From: Pristiophorus japonicus
Lineage: Eukaryota
Assembly (NCBI RefSeq): GCF_044704955.1
Contig: NC_091995.1
Span: forward strand, 45,756,001-45,820,000
Direction: 5' to 3'
Length of the DNA: 64,000 bases
Position numbers and translations under genes: made by a program. How positions within the stretch are numbered: the first letter of the stretch is position 1; every line of letters begins with the position of its first letter. This document shows positions 11,831 to 21,623 of the stretch, piece by piece. The notes under the pieces were generated by a model. The model was not told the DNA's origin, did no database searches, and saw only the letters and a program-made list of their open reading frames with translations.

Positions 11831-13690
11831 GTGTGTGTGTTAAAGGGTGGGTTGTTGGATGGGTTACAATGTGTGTGAAAGATTGGATAGTTGGATGGGG
11901 TACTGTCTGTACGAAAGGGTGGGAAGTTAGATCTGGTAGAATGTGTGGGTGACAGGGTGGGGTGTTGGATAGGGTACAGCTTGTGTGTGAAAGGGTGTGG
12001 AGTTGGATGGGGTACGATATGTGTGTGAGATGGTGAGGGCTTGGATAGGGTATGATGTATGTGAAAGAGTCGGGAATTAGATGACACTGTGTCTGTGAAA
12101 GGTTGAGTGCTTGGATGGGGTACAGTGTGTGTGTAAAAAGGTGAGGAATTGGATGGGATACAGTGTGTGTCAAAGTGTGGGGAGTTGGATGGGGTACAGA
12201 GTCTGAAAGGGTGGGGAGTTGGATGTGTTACAGTGTGTATGAAAGGATGGGGAGGTGGATGGGGTACAGTGTGTGTGTGAAAGGGTGGGAAGTTGGATGG
12301 GGAACAGTGTGTGAGAAAGGATGGGGAGGTGGATGGGGTACAGTGTGTGTGTGAAAGGGTGGGAGTTGGATGGGGTACAGAGTCTGAAAGGGTGGGGAGT
12401 TGGATGGGTTACAGTGTGTGTGAAAGGTTGGGAAGTTGGATGGGTACAGTGTGTGTGAAAGTGTGGGGAGTTGGATGGGGTATAGTGTGTGTGTGAAAGG
12501 GTGGTGAGTGGGATGCGGTACAGTGTGTGTGAAAGGGTGGAAGTTGGATGGGGTACAGTGTGTGTGTGAAAGGGTGGTGAGTGGGATGGGGTACAGTGTG
12601 TGTGAAAGTGTGGGAGTTGGAAAGGGTACAGTGTGTGTGAAAGGGTGGGAAGTTGGATGGGTACAGTGTGAGTGAAAGGGTGGTGAGTGGGATGGGTTAC
12701 AGTGTGTGTGAAAGTGTGGGGAGTTAGATGGGCTACAGTGTGTGTGAAAGGGTGGCTAGTTGGATGGGTTACAGTGTGAGTGAAAGGGTGGGGAGTTGGA
12801 TGGATACAGTGTGTAGGTGAAAGGTTGTGGTGTTAGATGGGGTACAGTGCGTGTGAAAGGATGGGGAATTGGATGGTGTACAGTGTGTGAGAAACGGTCA
12901 GGATTTGGACAGATTGCAGTGTGTGTGAAAGAGTGGAGAGTTGGATGCGGTGCAGTGTCTGAAAGAGTGGGAAGTTGGATGGAGTACAGTGTGTGTGTGA
13001 AAGGGTGGGAAAATGTTTGAGGTACAGTGTGTGTGTGAAAGTGTGGGGAGTTAGATGGGGTACAGTGTGCGTGAAAGGGTGGTTAGTTGGATGAGGTACA
13101 GTGTGAGTGAAAGGGTGGGGAGTTGGATGGAAACAGTGTGTAAGTGAAAGTGTGGGGGATGGGTTACAGTATGTGTGAAAGGGTGGGGAGTTGGATGGGG
13201 TACAGTGTGTGTGAAAGGGTGGGGAGTTGGATGGATACAGTGTGTATGTGAAAGGTTGGAGTGTTAGATGGGGTACAGTGTGTGTGAAAGGGTGGGGAGT
13301 TGGATGGGTTACAGTGTGAGTGAAAGGGTGGGGATTTGGATGGATACAGTGTGTATGTGAAAGGTTGGAGTGTTAGATGGGGTACAGTGTGTGTGAAAGG
13401 GTGGTTAGTTGGATGGGTTACAGTGTGTGTGAAAGTGTGGGGAGTTGGATGGGTACAGTGTGTGTGTGTGAAAGGTTGTGGTGTTAGATGGGGGACAGTA
13501 TGTGTGAAAGGGTGGGGAGTTGGATGGGGTACAGTGTGTGAGAAACGGTCAGGATTTGGACAGACTGCAGTGCGTGTGAAAGAGTGGAGAGTTGGATGGA
13601 GTACAGTGTGTGTGTGAAAGAGTGGGGAACTGTTTGAGGCACAGTGTGTGTGTGAAAGTGTGAGGGATTGGACGGGGTACAGTGTGTGTG
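11831..13690 (+). repeat. G-rich minisatellite, block 4
   Basis: ~1.9 kb of the same unit. Confidence 0.95.
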
Positions 13691-14344
13691 CTAGGTCTGG
13701 AGAGTTTGAAGCTGCCTTGTGAACTCCGGCAGCAGTTTGGTTGTGAAAGAATGTTGTTCACCTATGGACTAACTCCCAAGATGTTACACCTAATGTATGT
13801 TTTACAATGAGCTAATCACAATGAATTAATCACAACTTTAGTGATTAAAATGTTAATTAACAGCACAGTGGGCGGGTCACGTTGATTGCCTTTGTGAGAA
13901 AATCAGTTTGTGCAATACCTGACTGTCGAGGTGTCATCCCATTCTATTGGCCCACCAGGGAACTTAGCTAAAATCGGCACATAGAATCCTGCTGATCGCA
14001 CATCAATGGGTCAGGTTTCACTCAGGGTCATAACGTTGATTGAAAATTCAGTGTGCAGAACTCCCCATCTCGTAGACTTAAGGCTGGTGACAAATAAGTC
14101 TCTTTCACTCTCGCAGACACAGAGAGTGAGCTGTGTTCTCATATCAGCAGTGAAAACCTGCCCATGGATTAAAATTCAGGAATGGCTATTTTCAAGAGTT
14201 TCGCTAGAGACAGTGAGCCAATGTTCAAAGAATGTTCCATCTTTATTATATTTAAGAACTGAGCAGCGATGAAACTGTTTGTTCTCACTATGAAATCAAT
14301 GTAGAATTACAAAGAGTCTACAGCACAAGAACAGGCCATTCGAA

Positions 14345-14498
14345 TATAACATAACCAGTCTCTGGGTAAACAGGTTTCAGAGGAACATAACCAGTTTCTG
14401 GGTAAACAGATTTCACAGGAACATAACCAGTCTCTGGGTAAACAGGTTTCAGAGGAACATTACCAGCTTCTGGGTAAACAGGTTTCACAGGAACATAA
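14345..14498. repeat. 36-bp minisatellite (GGAACATAACCAGTCTCTGGGTAAACAGGTTTCACA)n, left part
   Basis: About 4 tandem units. Confidence 0.9.
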
Positions 14499-17326
14499 GA
14501 ACATAAGAATTAGGAACAGGAGTAGGCCATCTAGCCCCTCGTGCTGCTCTGCCATTCAAAAAGATCATGGCTGATCTGGCCGTTGACTCAGCTCCACTTA
14601 CCCACCCGCTCCCCGTAACCCTTAATTCCCTTATTGGTTAAAAATCTATCTATCTGTGATTTGAATACATTCAATAAGCTAGCCTCAACTACTTCCTTGG
14701 GCAGAGAATTCCACAGATTCACAACCCTCTGGGAGAAGAAATTCCCTCTCAACTCGGTTTTAAATTGGCTCCCCCGCATTTTGAGGCTGTGCCCCCTAGT
14801 TCTAGTCTCCCCGACCAGTGGAAACAACCTCTCTGCCTCTATCTTGTCTATCCCTTTCATTTTCTTAAATGTTTCTATAAGATCACCCCTCATCCTTCTG
14901 AACTCCAATGAGTAAAGACCCAGTCTACTCAATCTATCATCATAAGGTAACGCGCTCATCTCCGGAATCAGCCTAGTGAATCGTCCCTGTACCCCCTCCA
15001 AAGCTAGTATATCCTTCCTTAATTAAGGTGATCAAAACTGCACGCAGTACTCCAGGGGCGGCCTCACCAATACCATATATAGTTGCAGCAGGACCTCCCT
15101 GCTTTTATATTCCATCCCTCTCGCAATGAAGGCCAACATTCCATTCGCCTTCCTGATTACCTGCTGCACCTGAAAACTAACTTTTTGGGATTCATGCACA
15201 AGGGCCCCCAGGTCCCTCTGCACCGCAGCATGTTGTAATTTCTCCCCATTCAAATAATATTCCCTTTTACTGTTTTTTTTTCCCAAGGTGGATGACCTCA
15301 CACTTTCCGACATTGTATTCCATCTGCCAAACCTTAGCCCATTCGCTTAACCTATCTAAATCTCTTTGCAGCCTCTCTGTGTCGCTGCACAACCCGCTTT
15401 CCCACTAATCTTTGTGTCATCTGCAAATGTTGTTACACTACACTCTGTCCCCTATTCCAGGTCATCTATGTATATTGTAAACAGTTGTGGTCCCAGCACC
15501 GATCCCTGTGGCACACCACTAACCACCGATTTCCAACCCGAAAAGGACCCATTTATCCTGACTCTCTGCTTTCTGTAAGCCAGCCAATTCTCTATCCATG
15601 CTAATACATTTCCTCTGACTGCGCATACCTTTATCTTCTGCAGTAACCTTTTGTGTGGCACCTTATCGAATGCCTTTTGGAAATCTAAATACACCACATC
15701 CATCGGTACACCTCTATACACCATGCTCGTTATATCTTCAAAGAATTCCAGTAAATTAGTTAAACATGATTTCCCCTTCATGAATCCATGTTGCGTCTGC
15801 TTGATTGCACTATTCCTATTTAGATATCCCGCTATTTCTTCCTTAATGATAGCTTCAAGCATTTTCCCCACTACAGATGTTAAACTAACTGGCCTATAGT
15901 TACCTGCCTTTTGTCTGCCCCCTTTTTTAAACAGAGGCGTTACATTAGCTGCTTTCCAATCCGCTGGTACCTCCCCAGAGTCCAGAAAATTTTGGTAGAT
16001 TATAACGAATGCATCTGCTATAACTTCCACCATCTCTTTTAATACCCTGGGATGCATTTCATCAGGACCAGGGGACTTGTCTACCTTGAGTCCCATTAGC
16101 CTGTCCACCACTACCCCCCTAGTGATAGTGATTGTTTCGAGGTCTTCCCTTCCCACATTCCTGTGACCAGCAATTTTTTGGCATGGTTTTTGTGTCTTCC
16201 ACTGTGAAGACCGAAGCAAAATAATTGTTTAAGGTCTCAGCCATTTCCACATTTCCCATTATTAAATCTCCCTTCTCATCTTCTAAGGGACCAACATTTA
16301 CTTTAGTCACTCTTTTCCGTTTTATATATCTGTAAAAGCTTTTACTATCTGTTTTTATGTTTTGCGCAAGTTTACTTTCGTAATCTATCTTTCCTTTCTT
16401 TATTGCTTTCTTAGTCATTCTTTGCTGTCATTTAAAATTTTCCCAATCTTCTAGTTTCCCACTAACCTTGGCCACCTTATACGCATTGGTTTTTAATTTG
16501 ATACTCTCCTTTATTTCCTTGGTTATCCACGGCTGGTTATCCCTTCTCTTACCGCCCTTCTTTTTCACTGGAATATATTTTTGTTGTGCACTATGAAAGA
16601 GCTCCTTAAAAGTCCTCCACTGTTCCTCAATTGTGCCACCGTTCAGACTGTGTTCCCAGTCTACTTTAGCCAACTCTGCCCTCATCCCACTGTAGTCCCT
16701 TTTGTTTCAGCAAAGTACACTCGTTTGAGACACTACTTCCTCACCCTCAATCTGTACTACAAATTCAACCATACTGTGATCACTCATTCCGAGAGGAATT
16801 ATTACTGGGAGATCGTTTATTATTCCTGTCTCATTACACAGGACCAGATTTAAGATCGCTTGCTCCCTTGTCGGTTCTGTAACATACTGTTGTAAGAAAC
16901 AATCCTGTATGCATTCTATGAATTCCTCCTCAAGGCTACCCCATGCAATTTGAATTGACCAATCGATATGTAGGTTAAAATCCCCCATGATTACTGCCAT
17001 TCCTTCTTCACATGCCTCCATTATTCGCTTGATTATTGCCTGCCCCACCGTGAAGTTATTATTTGGGGGCCTATAAACTACGTCCACCAGTGACTTTTTC
17101 CCCTTACTATCTCTAATCTCCACCCACAATGATTCAACATTTTGTTCATGAGAGCCAATATCGTCTCTCACAACTGCCCTGATATCTTCCTTCATTAACA
17201 GAGCTACCCCACCTCCTTTCCCTTCTTGTCTATCTTTCCGAATTGTCAGATACCCCTGTATGTTTAATTCCCAGTCTTAGCCAACCTGCTACCACGTTTC
17301 TATAATGGCCACCAAATCATACCCAG
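14491..17326 (-). mobile_element. 5'-truncated CR1 LINE (partial EN, RT, 3' tail)
   Basis: Minus-strand ORFs with [48 protein letters not shown]; tail (TTATGTTC)n at ~14491-14510. Confidence 0.95.
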
Positions 17327-17332
17327 TCATAA

Positions 17333-17680
17333 GCATAACCAGTCTCTGGGTAAATAGGTTTCACAGGAACATAACCAGTCTCTGGGTAAACAGGTTTCAC
17401 AGGAGCATAACCAGTCTCTGGGTAAACAGGTTTCATTGTAACATAATCAGTCTCTGGGTTAACAGGTTTCACAGGAATATAACCAGTCTCTGGGTAAATA
17501 GGTTTCACAGGAACATAATCAGTCTCTGGGTAAATAGGTTTCACAGGAATATAACCAGTCTCTGGGTAAATAGGTTTCATTGTAACATAACCAGTCTCTG
17601 GGTAAATAGGTTTCACAGAAACACAACCAGTATCTGGATAAACAAGTTTCACAGGAACATAACCACTCTCTGAGTAAATA
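17333..17680. repeat. 36-bp minisatellite, right part
   Basis: About 10 units; the 12-aa periodicity NITSLWVNRFHR in the ORF track reflects the 36-bp unit. Confidence 0.95.
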
Positions 17681-17812
17681 AGGTTCTCCTGAATTCCCTA
17701 TTGAATTTATTGGTAACTGTCTTATATTGATAGCCCCTAGTTTTGGGCTCCTCCACAAGTGGAAACATCTTCTCTATGTCAACCCGATCAAACCCATTCA
17801 TATTTTTAATGT
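17660..17812 (-). mobile_element. Old CR1 3' fragment (its tail lies at ~14300-14345)
   Basis: AACCACTCTCTGAGTAAA..TTCTCCTGAATTCCCTATTG..CCACAAGTGGAAACAT is the reverse complement of the CR1 3' region at 19090-19200. Confidence 0.7.
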
Positions 17813-17998
17813 ACCAGAAAACAGTTGTTGGTTTGAAGCTGTGCCTGGTCTGATTGACTACTTTTCACTCTGCCTTTTTGTAAACACAGGGTTACACACT
17901 AGTGACACAGGCAACGTTCTCCGACACCTCTCCCCACAGTTTGGGAATAAACAGCAGATATTGCAATGGGTTATGGTGAGATCTGATTCCATTTTTAG

Positions 17999-18094
17999 GA
18001 CCAGCTGATATCGGCCTTGGATTCCATGGAGGGTGAAAAGAAAAGTAAAAGTGAATTAAAACGGCAGCAGGAAGGGAAAATTTCAGAGCTGCAT
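17999..18094 (+). CDS. TRIM coiled-coil exon, 96 bp (DQLISALDSMEGEKKSKSELKRQQEGKISELH)
   Basis: ttttag acceptor, gtgagt donor, phase 0/0; 96 bp is the typical TRIM post-B-box exon length. Confidence 0.85.
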
Positions 18095-18172
18095 GTGAGT
18101 ATTACCTTTTACCTTTAAACACAGCCACCCTTCAATAACATGTTGATTAAATGATCCCTCTCACCATCTTAG

Positions 18173-18396
18173 GATCCCTGGAGCAACACATCTCCGCACA
18201 ATTTGCCAAAATCCATCGATATCTTGAAGACAAAGCGAAACCTTTGTTCGAAGAGCTGAGGAGACAAAAGGAGGAAAATCTGTGCCCAATGGAGAAGAAC
18301 TTGGACAGAATTGAAGAGGAACTGACGTCACTTGAGAAGAACATACTGAATCTTTGTGCAGACATCGAGCAGCAAGAGAGTATCTCTTTTCTCAAG
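18173..18396 (+). CDS. TRIM coiled-coil exon (..SLEQHISAQFAKIHRYLEDK..QQESISFLK)
   Basis: TRIM coiled-coil pattern ending FLK|gtgacc; the tcttag acceptor is phase 1, which conflicts with the upstream phase-0 donor. Confidence 0.8.
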
Positions 18397-18974
18397 GTGA
18401 CCCTTTATAACCCAATCCCCAAACTGTTGGTGTAAGTGTAAACAGCACTTTATAATAGGGCTCAAACCCCACCACAACAATGCACAATGTGCAGTTTAAC
18501 TGAGGACCAACAGGTATAAGTCAGGATTGAGCACTCAGTGTCGAGGAGACTGTCCCACACTGTCAGGACCTCACACTGGCTGCAGAAAAACTGGAACCCG
18601 AGTGAAAAGTCCAGAAAGGGAGTGGGAGAGAAGTAATGGGTTCCACCCAAACCAAGGAGGGGCAAACAGACTTGGTAAGGACATTGAGGCAGCAATGGCA
18701 AACCATTTAGAGTAGAGAGGTGGGGGGAGGGCTGGGAGGAAACCAGAGTGGAGACAAACCGTCGGGCAGAAGGTCGTCAGCAGGCTGTTCCTCACACAGA
18801 AGGGGAGACATTCCTCCTGGGCGGCAGTGCTAAACGGGCGATAGCTAATCGGCAGCTCACTTTACATTCGCCCAATTGTCTTTTTTGTCAATGGATTCAC
18901 ACACACATATACAGGGTAGAGGGAGTTGTGATCACATCGCACAGTTGCTCTGGTCAGAACCCACCTTGAATAGA

Positions 18975-19339
18975 GCGAAGGATTGAAAAGCAGAGAATAC
19001 TGAACAGGCAGGGGCTCCATTCTCTCGAAAAGAGAAGGCTGAGGGGTGTCCTGATAGAGTTCTTCAAAATTATGAATCGGTTCGAAAATATGTTTCCACA
19101 TGTGGGGGAGACAAAACTTGAAGTCATAAATATAAGATAATCATGAGTCAATCCAATAGGGAATTCAGGAGAAACTTCTTTGTCCAGAGAGTGGTGAGAA
19201 TATGGAATCAATTTTTGGGGGGTGAACAGTGCAGGAAAGTGGAGTTGAGGCAGAAAATCAGCCATGATCTTATTGAATGGCGGATCAGGGTCGAGGGGCC
19301 GAATGGCCTACTCCTATTCTTAATTCTAATGTTCTTATG
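18975..19339 (+). mobile_element. CR1 3' fragment in TRIM intron
   Basis: LHSLEKRRLRG.., FRRNFFVQRVV; CR1 3' UTR GGCCGAATGGCCTACTCCT and tail. Confidence 0.85.
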
Positions 19340-19616
19340 CAGAAATTAGGTGTAACAACACTGCCCCCAGCTCAGGGCCGCACAGATCAGAGACAAGCTC
19401 TGACTTACTGGGTAAATACAGACCGGAAATAACAGGAACTGGTCAGTGAACCTTCAAAGTCTTCAGCAGCAGAGGGTACCCTGTGGTGTGTATACCCTGG
19501 GGGCCCGTCAGTGAAAACTCCACTCAGATCCTTTCACATTTACTGAAACCACTGATAATACAACATTTACCAGTACTGTGTACTTATTCAAATGTTTCTG
19601 ATTCTCTGTCCTGCAG

Positions 19617-19639
19617 GAACTGAAAGGATTGAGAGAAAG
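19617..19639 (+). CDS. TRIM 23-bp micro-exon (ELKGLRE-R)
   Basis: ctgtcctgcag acceptor, gtgagt donor; a 23-bp exon is characteristic of TRIM-B30.2 genes. Confidence 0.85.
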
Positions 19640-19730
19640 GTGAGTATCCAATCCAAACCCACACACGGTCTGACACTGTGATCACAGTTTGTATCCAGCA
19701 GAGAGTGAAAAATCAATCCCATTCAAACAG

Positions 19731-19876
19731 GTACCTGGACAAAGGTGAGGACGGTGAAAGTGCCGAGAGAGGAGAAGATGAGGAGATACTGGTGTCGGCT
19801 AATCTGAAATACACAGTATTTCGAGGCCCATTACTCTGCTCAGTGTGGAAGGAAATGAAACAGATCATCTCGCCAG
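19731..19876 (+). CDS. TRIM linker exon (YLDKGED..FRGPLLCSVWKEMKQIISP)
   Basis: aaacag acceptor, gtaaga donor; F.GPL...VWKEM...I.P motif; phases 2/1 fit the neighbouring exons. Confidence 0.88.
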
Positions 19877-19894
19877 GTAAGAAACTCCCTAGCT

Positions 19895-20040
19895 TTGTGT
19901 CCACTTTCTGTAGTTTCCTGCTCTCTGCCCCCTCTCCTGAAGGTGCTGCCTGTTGCTGGGTACAGGTCACTGGGGCAGCAGCCTCTGGTACCTCACTCAA
20001 GGGGCCGTTCTTTATGTGGGACCTTAGATTGGGCAGTGAT
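19895..20040 (-). mobile_element. Fragment of a tRNA-SINE-type repeat (related to 45880-46270)
   Basis: CCTCTCCTGAAGGTGCT..TTGCTGGGTAC.. aligns loosely with 45903-45990. Confidence 0.4.
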
Positions 20041-20112
20041 CAGACTGGGACCCTTGGCTGATTGTGTTCCTCTCTGACTCAGGACTCACTGGACAGTGAT
20101 CAGACTGGGACC

Positions 20113-20246
20113 CTGTAATATCTGTTCACTGTACATACTGCAGCCTGGGAATATATCTAACTTTACACTGTACCCAGTCTGTAATATCTGTTCACTGTAC
20201 ATACTGCAGTCTGGGAATATATCTAATTGTACACTGTACCCAGTCT
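20113..20246. repeat. Two-copy ~66-bp tandem duplication
   Basis: CTGTAATATCTGTTCACTGTACATACTGCAG..ACACTGTACCCAGTCT occurs twice. Confidence 0.85.
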
Positions 20247-20317
20247 CGCTTATTTACTGATACAGAAATTATGGACTAGGTGCAGAGTCCATTTAACAGA
20301 TATCAGATATTAATCTG

Positions 20318-20585
20318 CCCGTAAGCGTGACCCCGAATTTCTGTTCGCCTGTCACTTTAATTCTCCACTCTACTCCCACTCTGATCTATCTGCCCTTGGC
20401 CTCTTACACGGTTCCTTAAGAATCTGTTACATCTGAAACGTTTCCAGTTCTGATGAAGGGCCACAGACCTGAAACGTTAACTCTGTTTCTCTCTCGTTAA
20501 ATCCTGCCTGACCTGCTGAGATGTCCAGCATTTTCTGTTTTTTCTTTCGAATTCCAGCATTCGCAGTATTTTGCTTTTGTTTTAG
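20318..20585 (+). mobile_element. Penelope-like element 3' remnant (GIY-YIG end + terminal repeat)
   Basis: RKRDPEFLFACHFNSPLYSHSD matches 54260-54345(-); terminal sequence matches the reverse complement of 53741-53875. Confidence 0.8.
20446..20482 (+). ncRNA. Minimal type-I hammerhead ribozyme motif (PLE-associated)
   Basis: AGTT-CTGATGA-AGGGC caca GACCT-GAAA-CGTT-AACT: intact core boxes, stem II with one mismatch, palindromic ACGT stem III, 4-bp stem I. Confidence 0.7.
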
Positions 20586-20655
20586 TAATTAACCTGTGTC
20601 CGTCCACCTGCTTATCTCTAAAATATTTAACATGATGTCATTTTTATTTCCCCAG

Positions 20656-21221
20656 TCCCTGCCTCACTGATCCGAGACCCAAACACAGTGCATCGGAAGC
20701 TCATCCTGTGTGAGGCCCGGACCAGTGTGAGACTCGGTGAGAGAGGATTACAACTTCCTGATAACCCGGAGACATTTGATACTGCTGGCAGTGTCCTTGG
20801 GTCACAGGGATTCACATCAGGGAAACCCTACTGGGAGGTGGGGTTCTGGGACAAGACTGAGTGGGACATCGGTGTAGCCAAAGAGTCAACCAATAGAAAT
20901 GGAGCGATAACACTGGGGCCTAAACGTGGATACTGGGCTGTGTGTCTGAGAAATGGGACTGAATATAGAGCTGCTGACAGCCCATGTGTCCCACTGATCT
21001 CGAGTGTGAACTGCAGGACCTTCAGAGTTTACCTGGACGATGAGGAAGGACAGGTGACCTTTTACAATGCTGATGATATCTCCAATCTCTACACTTTCAC
21101 TGACACATTCACTGAGAAACTCTTTCCTTATTTCTTTCCTGGATTGTGCGATGAGGGTAAAAATGCTGCTCCTCTTAAACTGCGGCATTTCGAACTGCAG
21201 GTTCCTAAATTGATGTGTTAA
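20656..21221 (+). CDS. TRIM terminal exon, PRY-SPRY (B30.2) domain
   Basis: ttttatttccccag acceptor; open frame (V)PASLIRDPNTVHRKLIL..LPDNPETFD..YWEV..FTEKLFPYFFPG to TAA 21219-21221; AATAAA at 21321-21326. Confidence 0.92.
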
Positions 21222-21416
21222 GAGTATGGAGAGAATGCGTCCACTGCTGGGTGAATATTTCCCATCTCACATAGTAACTTCGAGAAAAAGCAGGAAACAG
21301 CACTGGAAAAGAGGCTTGGGAATAAATGGTGGGGTTGAGAATGTTGGGCTGGTGAACTGTAAGTGTTCCTTGCGCTGAGCTCTTGGGCTGTGATCAGGGA
21401 CTGGGACGTGTGTTAC

Positions 21417-21623
21417 TGTCATGTATGTATGCTTGGTATTACTAGCCACCAGGTGGCGCCAGTGTTCGTGGTCATTGGGCTGTGCGCACGTGTGAGTGTG
21501 GCCCAGGTATAAAAGGCCAGCCATCTTGCAATGTAATCATTTGGGCCCAAATAAAGTAGATTCAGGTTTGTACCGGTTCGGAGTTTACACTATTCAGTCT
21601 ATTGAATTATTGCATGCACAACA
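21417..21623 (+). repeat. 5' LTR of Gypsy element 1
   Basis: TGTCATG..CAACA with TATAAAA and AATAAA; ~18 substitutions versus the 3' LTR (about 9%). Confidence 0.95.

Larger units (their letters stand above)
17999..21221 (+). pseudogene. TRIM-family gene (coiled-coil + PRY-SPRY/B30.2; TRIM35/39/69/A33-like); 5' RING/B-box exon not found; possibly a pseudogene
   Basis: Exons of 96, ~224, 23, 146 and 566 bp with GT-AG ends follow the class-IV TRIM layout; B30.2 motifs DPNT, GSQGFTSGK.YWEV, WDIGV, VYLD, VTFYN, FTEKLFPYF. Confidence 0.8.

Noticed and set aside
13700-14300. Interferon-responsive TRIM promoter (GC box 13870-13875, CTTTCACTCTC 14102-14112)
   Set aside because: Short, imperfect motifs expected by chance; no first exon or TSS evidence.
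18490-18800. Missing TRIM B-box, or a GIY-YIG remnant (C..DCP..TG.RKTGTRVK..AMANH)
   Set aside because: Lies downstream of the coiled-coil exons and lacks B-box spacing; faint Penelope endonuclease resemblance is too degraded to call.
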